From Blasia pusilla (Eukaryota): a stretch of 64,000 nt of DNA. The stretch is from positions 24,800,001 through 24,864,000 of the forward strand of contig CM114271.1 in the NCBI GenBank assembly GCA_050084515.1, read 5' to 3'. Position 1 is the stretch's first letter. Every line of letters starts with the position of its first letter. Made by a program: the position numbers and the translations under genes. The notes beneath the pieces were generated by a model. That model saw only the letters and a list, made by a program, of their open reading frames with translations. It was not told where the DNA came from and did no database searches. Below, piece after piece: positions 42,192 to 54,654 of the stretch.

Positions 42192-45100
42192 TCACCAATC
42201 CGCTCGAGTGAAAGAAGTTGATTTTGAGCTCCATACTTTTCTTCCACGCAATGCACTAGCAGCCCAGCCTTTAACCACTTTCGGACTTTCAGGCAAACTA
42301 GATTTTCCCTCGTCCTTCTTGTCTGAGGATGATTCCCCAGTAATTTTTTCAATACCTGCAAGCTTCTGGTCCTAGAAGATGCAAGCAATATTTTAGATCA
42401 TTTGACACAATTAGTAACCAAGGTACTTGCCACATCTCTATCTAAAACTCCCACCAAGAGCTTGTCAACGATCCATTTTGTTTGAGGTAAGTTAGCAAAT
42501 TTCACCTTGGTACTGGTTATTAAATCAATCTTTGAATGATCCAACACCCGGTGGCCTTCTTCATTGATGCGAATGAAATCTTCATATTCGCAATCCCAAG
42601 CCACATCATCATCACAAACGAAGTAATCCTGCAGATAGTCAACCAAGAAACGAGCATATGAGGTTGAAATATACCCTACTGGCAAAACTTCAGAACATCG
42701 ACAGCAAACTGCTTTCAGATACTCGATGTGGAGGAGCATGACGACAGTTATGAGATAACGGAAACTACCTCCAAATGGAAAATAGGTTGCATAGACGTCC
42801 TCTCCAATCCCATGATAGTCAAGGAGAAGGAAGCATCTCCATCTTTAAGGGACTCCATCGTGTGACCATAGACTGGACTCTTCTTGTCAATGACGTGTCT
42901 AACCATGATACCATATCTTAAGTAGGATACCTGCACACGAACACGGCCCTTCCATGATTAGGTGAAGAGCCACAATTTTCCATTAGCAACGCCCTGTCGT
43001 ATTAAACAATCTAATAACATAACGTTCATGATCCAGATAAAAGGTAAATATACCTCTGGTCGCACAAGTTCCAAATCTTGAGTCGAACAGAACATCGACC
43101 CAGATGGCAGCTTGATAAATATCCGAAATGTGAGACATATCTTCGCATCAACCAACTCACAAGGTGGAGGACCAGTGAGAACTAATCGCACAGCAAAAAC
43201 CCTGAATACTTGTCACATGAGCAGTATTAGTCACAGCAATGGTAAGAACTCAGGACAAGCATATCATGTCAGTGATCAAAGCAGGATTCATTGTAGGAGG
43301 ATATTTCACTTACTTAAATTTTTCCTTGTCTTCCATTGATACTGAACTGAAGTCATCAGCCTTAATTATGGCCTTCTTGGAGCAGCGCACTGGATGTGAT
43401 GGTTGGGACATTCTCGCAAAGACTGCACGATCACAGGAGAGCCAGCCCTGTCATTGTAGTTGCATTGGAAAAGGACTGACCAATTACTCAACAACCGAAG
43501 ATACAGGAGAGCAACAACATTAAGGAGGAACAACGATCCAGGAAAAAACACTAACCTGCTCCACTTAGAAAGACGAACAGAAATTGTCCCATCAGAGTAT
43601 TGACATTTGCAATAACTAGGCACAGTGGGGACATAGCATTCACAGGGGAGCCACCAAAGGTTGTCGAGAGTGACAGCCTGCAAAGTAGAAGAGATGTCGC
43701 ATTAGCATTGCAATTGTCTGCGCTTGCAGTAATGGCCAAACTCGAGATCAGGGTAAAAACAGAGAGAGCCGGAAACTTACGCATAGAGGAACACTTGCAG
43801 CAAAGCCGAGGCTTTCTGCCTTGCAGCTGCCACTCGACTGACAATTACGACCTCATCCTCGGCCAGAGTTACTCCGTCAAAGGCAAGTCCTCCCTTGTCG
43901 AAGAGATATAAGGGTGTAAACATCAACGCGAGACAGATGGGAGTGCAAAACACACCTAACACGAAGTGGGTCATTGGCATCTGCACGCACAGAAAATTTC
44001 AATCCATCAAAACTCCGAAAATATGGGCATACGCTGGGACCTCTATCCTCTAAATAATTCAGGGGTGCGCCAATGAATGAGAGTACAAGGCAATTTAAAA
44101 TGATAGAAATGATGCCTGCACTTGAAAATGGAGTGCATCTCCGTTTTGTGGGACTTTTTTGAATGCTCATTTGATGTCCATCGTCTCAAACGGAATTACA
44201 TTACAAGCCAGATATGTGTTTACCTTCAAGCAAGCCACGTAGAAGTCTTGCACAAGGGTAACGAACCCTTTGTCTTGCCTCACCATCATTCCCTCCATGC
44301 CTCGCCTTCCCTTGGCTCTAAATCTGCCCCTGATTCTGGCACCCTCGAATGCTGCTGCTCCGGCCCTTCCGCCATCGGTTCTCTCAGTATATTCATCCTC
44401 AGGAATTTCTAACGGTCCACCATCCTCTAGGAAGTCACTACCGGACCGTCTCGAGATGCTCATGGGATTGGCAAGCGCCATTTTAAATCTCACACGACGC
44501 CATCGGTTACGAGCTTCTACGGAGGCATTCCTCGAGAGACTAGAGGAAGATGGACCCAAGGGAGGTTTCGAAGAAACATGCCTTCCAGGCATCACGTCAG
44601 TCTCCATTTGATGCTTTGGAGCACCGAAGTGGTCGTCGAGGTGCTGCCCATTGGATGGAGATTTAGGTTCCCCTGTGACATCCACTGGCACTTCCTCAAA
44701 TTCCGAAGCCGGCTCCACAACTTCCTGGATCTCTTGCTCTTGCCCCGGCTGGAATGAAGCGTAGATCTCCTCCATGGTCTTCCTATCCACTGAATCTGCA
44801 GTGTTAACCACACCTTCCGCATCGCCTTCTTCAACAATTTCGTTGGGGGGTTTATGTTCAAACTTGGGCCTCCGTTCCTCATCGACTTCGGCCGGATGAA
44901 CAGTAGTGCCATTAAGATTGGAATAAAAAATCCCCGGGTTCCGTAGTCCCGAGCTTCTCAATCGCAATGAACGATCCTCATAACGTCCATTGCTGAGGAT
45001 TTCGGGGTCATGATTTCTCTCCGATGCCCGAGCGTCCTTAATATCTCGTGCACTGGTCCTGTCACCACCTCCTCCCCGGAAGAAGATCAGGGAAGGATCA

Positions 45101-45600
45101 TCCTCTACACCATCACCGAACTTTGTTCCGCCGAAATATCCTCTTGCTAGCTTCCTTTTCCCATCTTGACCACCGCTGGCCAAAATCTGCTCTTTGTCTC
45201 CAAACGAGCCATCGAAGCTGTGCTGGTGACTGAGTCGACCGGTTCGTTCTTGAACACCTTCGTGCTCCTTGTACTCCTGCCTCTTAGTAAACGTCAAGGC
45301 TTCGGGTGCATCATAGTAAGTCTCACGCCTTGAACCTTCGCTGACGATTCCAGGCATGGAGAGTGTTCTTAGAACGTGCTCCGAAGACGAGCTGGACGTC
45401 TTCCTGAATGCCGGAGACGTCTCGCGGGGCGTAAGAAACGGAAGTCCTTCTCCATACAAGGAAAAATCCAGCCCCGTTTCCTCTATGGACGGTGCCGATG
45501 ACAGGGAGACCCGTAGATTATCACGCTTCCACGCCGTTTTGGACGGTCCTGTCGACGGGAGGCAAAATTCAGAATGAGAATTGGAAACTCGGCGAAACGC
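42192..45600 (-). CDS. Inward-rectifier K+ channel (Kir/IRK family) homologue, multi-exon, with a long low-complexity N-terminus; start and last exon uncertain
   Basis: Slide helix QDFYVACLK, TM1, pore LSLSTTFGGS, TM2 ..LSGAVFARMSQP..VRCSKKAI, VRL..ELVDAKI, RHVIDKKSPVYG, IMGLERTSMQP and DDDVAW..YED..LDHSKID follow the Kir domain order, with GT-AG boundaries between blocks. Confidence 0.85.
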
Positions 45601-46282
45601 TGTGGCTGATCAGCACCTGAAGCGATGATATTCAAAAAGAACGGACAAAAGCGCAAGCATCGTTTGAGAATCGATATAGTCAAGAAACGAATGCAGAAAA
45701 CGAGCAGCTCAAAGCATAGAAAAGGAACATGGCCACAAAAGTGGTGTGCCGAATTAATGCAGGAAACTTGAAAGGGAGGAGTAGTAACTGATCATGAGCT
45801 GCAACTACAGGGATCGGTCCAGAGCAGACTGATATGCAACCAACGCTACACACGACACTTCCTTCTTACACTGTGCAGAGTGGTGGGAATTCCTTCAACT
45901 CTCTCGAGTTTCGTCACACCACACCATCCTCGATCGTAACCATCTCTCTACTGTCCGTACCAGATCAAACTCGTAACAATCCTCTCGTCAACTCAAGGGA
46001 AACAGTAACACCTGGGAGAGCTTCGGAACAATCTCGCCGCAGGCAACAATTCACAGCACCGATCACACACTGTCCATCAATCTCTCACAAGGTAATCGCG
46101 CTAGAGCATTTCTTACGAGCACGCCGATTCGTCAAATGACTAGCGGATTCTCATCCAAGACTGACTAATTCCCTCCTTATCCACCCGATCAGAAGCTCAT
46201 TGTCCGCCCTCCAATCTCCGCCTCCTCCACCTGCCCGATTCGATTTCCTTCGACATATGAATCAATCAATCATTATCCTTCC

Positions 46283-46285
<3 letters not shown>

Positions 46286-46315
<30 letters not shown>
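46286..46315. repeat. (CT)n tract upstream of the Kir gene (likely 5' UTR or promoter)
   Basis: Directly visible in the sequence. Confidence 0.8.
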
Positions 46316-46320
<5 letters not shown>

Positions 46321-49300
46321 CTTCTACTCCAATCGGATCCGAGGAGCGCAGTAGTTCCGAGTCCTTCACTGATCCAGGTGCGCTCAAAACAGCAGATCTT
46401 ATTCTGCGAATGGGTTTCGGACACCGCGGACAACAGGGAGCTAAGGAGGACCAAGGCATGCGGATCACAAGCACATAAAACGGGCCCTGGGAGAAAACTG
46501 AAAGGGCTCCTTCTACCTATCTATCTCCCCTACATCCATTCTGGATGAAACGCGAAACAGAGCCCTTCTCGGGGCAGAGGACAGAAAAACAAACTGTCCA
46601 ACTCTCCTCCCGGACCTCTCCTCTGCTCTGCTCTTGCCTTCCTTCTCTGCTGAAAGCGGGACCTCCTCTCCACCCACGCATGCCACCTGCGTCACGTTCA
46701 GTTGGTGCCTGTCCCAACGTCGTCGCCTATTCTCAAGCACGAGGCTAATCCATCCGTCATCCTGCCATCAGGGGCCTCGGATAGGTTATCGGACGGCTGT
46801 CAGTTTCTGTCCGATAACGGATGACGACGGGAATGGTGGGGTACGCACGGAATAAGTCGGCTCCCTTGGTAAGTCTCGTAGAGAGCTGGACGCCACCGAC
46901 TAATCTATGCTGAGGCCCTTCCGGTACCAGCCACGTAGGATTACCTCCTCGGGATGAACGTGGCAGTACTCAGCTCAATGTCCACGTGTGGACTTGCCCT
47001 CTGCGGGACTCCGCGGGAGTTGCTGTTGAGTCATGAGATGGAGGGAAGACCTTGGCTCCGTACATGAACTTGGCCCGCGTACGCGCCCCTCTGGAGGTTC
47101 GGGTTCAAGAGGTGGCGGGCCCGTCACCCCTCCATCCAACAGTCCACTGCCCATCCGTACCGGCAGCCGCGGAACCCGTGAAGCTGTCCCGATATTCGTT
47201 GCGGCGTCTCCCCGTCTCGGGACGCCGACTCAAGCGACTACCAGTCTCCCCCACACCCAAGCTACCGTGGAGATTTTCCTACAATTCCAGAGCGGAAATA
47301 ATGGAGCTACATGCGTCGATTTCACAGTTGCCACGCCCTGGTTGGCTGAACGCCATGTTACAATTCTCCTGGGCCTAAGCCCTCGGTGGCGGCTAAGGAC
47401 GTCTTTGCTGCGTGCCTGTTCCCTCGTTCGCGTCGAGGCATCTTTGGTTGTTCCAACAAGCGAGACTAAACTAAAACGTAAGGTTTTCATGACTCCTTGC
47501 CACCCATTCCTTTAGTATTTAAAAGTTGACCAAAAAAATCAAGTGACTTTCAGTATGATCAAGTTCTCTAGCTTTTCAAGTTCTTAAAAAACCATGCTCA
47601 TGAATGGTATGTTTTAAACCATGATTAAAAGAAATCCTTTGTAATTTTTTTGAACGAAATTCTAAGCGTTTCCGCTTCTTATTAAAATTAGAATTATTAA
47701 TTCATTTCTGTTTCCCCGTAAAAAAATATTACAATTCTATGAAAGGTTCTTACCCAATATCTAAAACCCATAATGAAAAATCTTCATAGCCACATGAATT
47801 TGTTCATATTTGAATGATTGTAAGATTTCAAAGTTCGTAGCATGTCTTATTATCGAGTGAAATTCTACTCCCAATCACGTCAAACTTTGTTATTTCCTTT
47901 CCGCTAACCTTAATGCGACAATAAAATTTTACTTCAATAAATTTCAATGTAGCGAGAAGATGAGACGACCTCACAAGATCCAGATATTTATTAACAAATG
48001 GTACGCTTTTGTGTTATTGTTATCCATCTTCAAGATTTCACACTAATGGGGAGGAATTTATTGGGCCCAGTGCTTTAATTTTTGAGATAAAGTATTAACT
48101 TTTCGTTCAATGGGGCCGAATACCCAAAAGACATATAATTGACATCGGCCGATACTCCAACATTGACTTTGTCGAGCATTTCCTTACGTTTGTGAGATAT
48201 TACTTCCTACTCTTCCTTCTTTGCTTGCGATTTATGTTTAGTAGGCTTCTATTATTTCTTGACATTTTTATTCCATCTTTCAACCCCATCTCATACCGAG
48301 CCAAATTAGGCTATTCTGTTTTAATCTTTTATCCTTCCATACTTTCCTTTCTCTTAGCGTGGGATAGGATTAACTTTACTTAACGTTAGTTTATTTATTT
48401 TCAATTTGAAGACGTCGATAAGTTTCCTACCAATCCATTTGGGAAAAAGTTAAAGAAACACATGAAGATCACTTCTTGATCACATCACTCAATGTTCTAA
48501 GCCATTAATTCGAGTTTTAATGAAGCCCACGATTAAAGAGACAAGGCTGGATTTAAACCACTTTAAATGCTCTTATAGCCACTTAAACTGGCCAATTTTA
48601 AATGAAACAAAGTTAGTTTTAGGGCATGGTTAAGTAATAATTAATCACTAGTAAGGTGCATGTGAGATGCCTGGATAAAAAAGATTTTTTTTATTATGAA
48701 AATAATTAAAAAATTTATTTCATGAAATATATTTTTATACACAATGTTTCAATTGTATTATTTTTTCATTGGAATGTGTATCATTATAGATCATAATATG
48801 AATTGAACTCTTTTATCCTACTCTAGATAACGCCACATATGACTTGCCATGAAAAAGGCATGCATGGATAAATATTTTCCAATCTTTCGTAAAGTTTGAT
48901 CTTGTGACTTATTGATAGTGATGGAAAAAGCTGGACGGATAGGGAATTAGGATCTACATAAATCAAAAGGCAACCCTGACTCATAAGAAATCAATGGGAT
49001 ATGAGGAATGAAAAGTCAATCTCCAATGTTCTTCCTTGTAATAATTTCAGCATCAATATTATGTTGCATGAATCTACGAATGATTAACCGAGTGTCATTC
49101 ACTTGTCCTTTTGCCCCATTCATGTTCCGTAAAACCACAATTGGTGCATCAATCTTCAAACACAACCGATGTGGAACCAGTCTAGAAGGTAAGCATATAT
49201 TCAAAAACTCTGTCACATCTGAGTAGCCAATAGGCCGAGATCTATCGTGGATAGGGCGTAGGAGCCAGCGGACTATCTTGAGTGTAACTTTATCCCACGG

Positions 49301-50519
49301 TGTCGGATGAGGTTGAGGATAGGTCCATTGTGTCAAGAACGTCGTTTCTGACAACTTTCATGTTGAGGTCTTTTACATCCGGATGACTTGTTGACCAGGT
49401 CACCCGCCCCTGGTAACTTGGGCGCGCACGTTACCAAGGGGAGGGCTATTTTTAGGGGAAGAGCCTTTTGGCTCTTCCCAACCCTATATAAGAGAGGAAG
49501 ATGGCTTCCATAAGCAATCTTTCTCATGTTGGGCCGTTGGAGCACCTCCCTTGTATGTGTGTGAGATAGGACTAGGGTGCTAGCGTCCGGATTCCTTGAT
49601 AGCACAGGGTGGACGAGGCTCGACATGCCGATGTAGATTGAGGAGTGGAGTTTTAGACCGGGTGTGCCATTTTTACTACTCTTTATTTTTTACATGAGAA
49701 AGATGTTAGGGGGCTGGTGGGAACTCATTGTTTGCAGGTAGGCAAGCGAGTTGCCTTGGTCGGGAGCCCCTGGAGACGCGTGTGTTGCGGGTGTTTGGAA
49801 GGGCATGGGCGGAAGCGCTGTCCGTTTTTCTCAGATTTTGCTGGTATGGATTGACGCGGTACAGCAGCCGAGTGTAGTGTGCGGTGGAGCGTCGGGTGTA
49901 CGCGAGTGAGGATGTCGAGAGAGAGAAGAAAAGAGAGTTAGGGCTTGCAGCCGCCGGGGGCGTTGACGGGCGTTTAGGTCGGCGGGCGCGGACAGACGGC
50001 GCGGACGGCGGGCGGCGAGGGCGCGCCCCCCTGTGTGTGATTGAGAGTGCTATGTATCGAGTAGTAGCTGGTGCTAGGTGGGTGCAGTGATGGTGACGAG
50101 TGTAGATTCTTTTCATGTGTAGCATGTTGGTGGATTACGGCGGTTGCCGAGTAGGGGTTGCGTGTATGACCCAAGAGAGTGCCACTAGGTTAGGTGAATC
50201 AGTTGGGAGGCTCATGGTGAGCGTGAGTGTTGAGCGTGCGTGAGGCCGGGTATGTCATCACGGGATTGATGTTAGCATAGGTGAGCTAGTGAGGCGTGTG
50301 GGAGACTCTCGGTGAGTCTAAGTGCTTGAGCGGGTGAGACAGGGTTTGTCATCACGGCGTTCTTCCAAGGTTCGGAAAATGGGGTAGTGCGAGCAGTAGT
50401 AGTGGTGTGACACGGAGTGGAGTGAGATACCGAGGGGTTACCTGTGAGGAGCTACCTTGACATCCATCCGTGGCTGGATAGTCATCATCGACACCGGTCG
50501 GTGGCGAGATCGCTGCATG

Positions 50520-51800
50520 AGACGAGAGTATTTGGCAGGAGATGGACGACATGGGCCATCGAGGCATGCGTCGTTTCTCGGGTGCAGTGGGCACCATCGA
50601 CTTAGATGATTTTATCTAGGAGTTTGACACATGGTGCGACTTCCAGGAGATACGGACCCCGACACGGGTCAACCCTTTCATGGCATGGAAGGGGTTGTTC
50701 CAGTACTTGGAGGGTCCTCCAATGGATGACTACATGGAGTTTCCATCACTACATTCAATAGAGATTGATGCCTGGAGGATGTATTAGGCTCCAGGGTATG
50801 TGTCCACTAATGGTCGCGAGGCATATGATGGGATTGTGAGAAGAGAGAGACCCACACCATAAGCCCGGAGACTAGATGGAGAGGAGGGCAGTGAGACAGG
50901 CGATGTGGCAGAGACCTCTGGTGGTAGAGGGCCACCCAACTTCAGCCCCACAGTGGAGTTCTTCCGACAGTTAGGGAAGAGTTACCAGGGCTTACGCACC
51001 GACAAGCTGAAGAGTCTATAGGATTTTCAGCGACGATCGGGTGAGAGTCTGAGAGAGGCATTCACAAGCATGAGGAGGCTGATCATTGCTACGTTTGGAG
51101 GATCGAGGCGCGATCACCCGATTGGTGACGGGTTCGGACCGAAAACTACGGAGGAGAGTTTGAGATGCGGTGCTGAATCACAAAGCGAAGCCCACATTGA
51201 AGGTAGTCTTTGAGTTGTCAAAGCGTATTGAGCTCAACATGAGTGAGGAGCAGGTAGTGACCGCTGGATTTTCTCGGGAGTCGACGGGTCCACGAGCGAC
51301 GGTGACCCCATAGGTGCCACAGCAAGCACCAGTATCACGGGAGCGGGCCAGTGTGCCTAGAGAGCAAGGCGGGTACCGTGAGCCTATGAGGCAACGACCC
51401 GTACCTACATATGTTGCCCAGCAGGGACCGATGTGGTCTTGTTGGACGTGTGGAGGGGCCCATAGGCATAGAGACTGCCCACAGCATGGGAGAGGACCAC
51501 CAGTGCCTCCAATTGCTCAGGAGCCACAGAGGATGGTCCCACCACAACACCAGTGTGACCATTGCCATAGATATGGTCACACTAGGGATAGATGTTTTGA
51601 CCTTCGTCGAGGGGCACGTCCAAAGGTAGGCCGAGGGCCTTGGGGCGGTCGTCCTAGAGGAGGTCAGGGAGTTCATCCTGGACGTGGTGGTAGAGGACCA
51701 CCACCAACTAGAGGAGATGGAGCAGGAGCACCAGAGCCGCCACTTCTCTCATGCATCGATCAGTTGGAGCAGAGGATTGTTGCCATGACGATGATGCGCT
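50520..51800 (+). pseudogene. gag of copy C with two zinc knuckles and an RGG-rich stretch
   Basis: RRFSGAVGTIDLDDF..WKGLFQYLEGPPMDDY; CWTCGGAHRHRDC and CDHCHRYGHTRDRC. Confidence 0.8.
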
Positions 51801-52429
51801 TTAGGAAGGCACGGAGCTGCGAGCAGCTAGTGTGACTCCAACTTCTACCTCTTACCCTGACCCGAGTAAGGATCTTGCCAGTATAGGATTTATGTGTAGT
51901 ACAGCCCAGGTTGAGGCATCTGCAGTGGTGACTCGGGGTGCTGCGAGAGGCACCGAGCCATGGAGAGGTGGAGTTGAGATTGACCCACCAGAGGGGACCG
52001 ATGGGCGGCAAGCCAGGGTTCCACAGTCGTTCACATTGTCGGAGGCACTACACACACCATCGATGGTGCCTCAACGACCAACGGTGCCTACAGTTCAGGC
52101 ACCTACGTCGACGTCACGAGGAGTTGGAGTGACAACTCCTATGCCGGCTCGAGTGGAGTCAATGTTGACCATAGTGTTGGAGGTGGCCACCAGAGTGAGT
52201 CAGACTCCGCTATTTTCCGCCATAGATTTGGCGACGTTGGGGGTTGGACCAGCTGAGGTGTTCCCGTTGGCCGCCACGTTGTGTGAGCGTGGAGAGATGA
52301 CTGCTTCTTGTTCAGAGGTAGTTGAGGAGGTGGTGGACTTGCCATCAGAGCCGGTGCTTGGGACGTTCCCCACAGAGTCATGGCATGCGGCGGCGGCGAA
52401 GTTGGTAGATATGCCAGCTCGACCGGCCA

Positions 52430-52900
52430 TAGAACGAGTAGTGGTGACACCTGGAGTAGTGTTACTGGATAATCGAGCTGGAGTATTTCGCTTGGTTAGT
52501 CCGACGGGGACTATATACCACCCGCAGCGCGTCCTACTTGATTCGGGAGCGCAACCCTTGATGTTAGGGAAGACGGCGTGTTTACCATTGGGATTACGGA
52601 AGGCCGACATTGAGCCTTGTCCCTTCCAGATCTGAGACCTCAATTGGGGCGTATCACCCACTCAAGATATGACTCGACAGAGATTGTTGTTAGAGTCCGG
52701 CCGAGTATCGACGGATAGTGCTATGGTGCGCACACATGCGATTACGACACTGGCCGTAAGTGCGATGTGTTGGTGGGGAGTACAGTGTTATATCCCCTAG
52801 GATTCATCCTTGACTTCTGGGAGGAGACCGTTGCTAATCGGCCAAGATGGCCATCAGGTGACGGCCAGATGAGTCAGTTACCCATGCAGTTTGCGGGACG
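52430..52900 (+). pseudogene. Retropepsin-like aspartic protease of copy C
   Basis: VLLDSGAQP active-site motif and downstream DVLVGS..L. Confidence 0.85.
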
Positions 52901-53249
52901 AGGTGGTCGATCACGAGGCGAGTCTCTGACCACGTTGGCAGCTTTCACAGGTAGTGTTAGCTGGCCAGGAGAGTTGTTGGAGGGGAACGCACATGCGGAG
53001 GATGTCCCAGTAGCGGATAGTCCCACGGAGAGACAGGCCATGGCGGGTGTCTCTTCCCATGTTGGAAAGGCCTCTTCACCATTGTGGGGTACGACTCGAG
53101 AGCTACAGAGGAGTGTCGACGACCTCGTGAGGCAGGCGTGGAGTCATGTTTTATCCCAAAGCAGCAAGAGTCACGTGGCGATCGGGCTCTTGGAGTGGAG
53201 ACGTTGACCCCATTGGATACCACACCTGTTGTGTGGCAGTGCCCAGAGG

Positions 53250-54190
53250 AGGGTGTTAGGGTGTTAGATCTCTTCGGAGGGATTAGCACTGGATTGGCTG
53301 CACTATTGCAGGCGGGCATACGGGTGCATCAGTACCTTTATGTGGAGAGAGATAAGACCGCGCGGCGAGTATCATTACGTCACGTGGCAAGATTGGTCCA
53401 GAGGTATCCTAAGTTGTTGCCGGTATCTGCAGTACGGGGATATCAGCATACGCTACCCACCGACATCTCTTTGGTGGGGGCGCAGGATCTGGATAGAGTT
53501 GGCACCATTCATTTGGTGATTGCTGGATGGCCATATCAGGGTCATTCATCAGCTGGCCGAGGATTTGGATTGCAGGATCCGAGGTCAGGGATGTTTTGGG
53601 AGATGCTGCAAGTAGTATGACACTTGTAGGAGAGTCAGATATGTTCTCCAGTGATATATTTTGGAGAACGTGCCATTGTTGGGAGACACTCGTGCACGTG
53701 TGATGACGAGTGTACATCAGGTGAGGTCCTGGTTGGGACCTGCTATGTTGTTAGATGCAGCGAGAGTTTGGTCACGTGCCCATCGTCCACGACTATGGTG
53801 GACTAACTTGATACCATCAGAGGTATTGAGTCGAGCATACGATGGAGTCCAGAGAGCACCACATCTCACAGTGGATGCTATTTTGGGCTCAGGGTGTCGA
53901 TCTCAGGTGGTGACACGAGATGATAGACCACCGTTGGCCATGGCCAATAGGGTGGGGGAGTTGAGGGCAGCCTTACCTACGTTGGTAAGCTTCCCAACAT
54001 CCCATGCCTTTCGTCAGGGAGGGCCAGGCATGATTTGGGATGAGGTGACCGGAGCATTGGAGGAGCCTACAGCATATGAGCGCGAGCCCGCCATGGGGTT
54101 CACTACCGGTACTACGGCGGTGCCAGGGATGACTGAGGCATCCCGGAGACAGGTGTTGGGGCAGGCAATGGACCTCAACTGTCTCATATG
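53250..54190 (+). pseudogene. DNMT3-like C5 cytosine methyltransferase domain of copy C
   Basis: VRVLDLFGGISTG (I), YLYVE (II), LVIAGWPYQG (IV, Cys>Tyr), GLQDPRSGMF, ILENV (VI), AHRPRLWWTN (VIII), ERE.AMGF (IX), RRQVLGQAM (X). Confidence 0.92.
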
Positions 54191-54654
54191 GATAGTCAGC
54201 CTAGGTATGGCTGAGCAAAGACGGATGCGAGTGTCATCCATGTCGTCACGTCCACGAGTTGGACCATTGCCTACAGGGTCTGTATAGGCATTGGTTGGGG
54301 GCAAAACAAGGAGAGATAGGCACCCATGGACTTCCTGGGACGTCGTTCAAGCAGAGAGTGCGAAGGCCGCTAGAGTAGCACATGTTCATTTTTCGGATGC
54401 GGAGCATGGTGTAGGAGGTCAGAGTGGAGTGGATGTTGCGGAGGTGGCTAGGGTTGCTACATAGCAACCAAAGCCCGAGGTTACGTCCTCTCTGAGTGAG
54501 GTCACGATGGAGACTTGGGAGCTTGTGATAGGTCTCAAGTTGATAGGAGGAGAGCGACGGCGAGTTCATAGGTTTCTAAGAGGGCATGTCAGTTTTTTTG
54601 CCTTCAGTATGAGAGACTTGGGTATCGCTGAAGGGTCCCGGGATACGGATTGAG

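Noticed and set aside
45834-47515. GC-rich ORFs upstream of the Kir gene
   Set aside because: No recognisable domains; consistent with UTR, intron and promoter sequence.
53250-54190. Bacterial restriction-modification methyltransferase or contamination
   Set aside because: The domain is embedded in retroelement pol in three copies among plant TEs, with no partner endonuclease.
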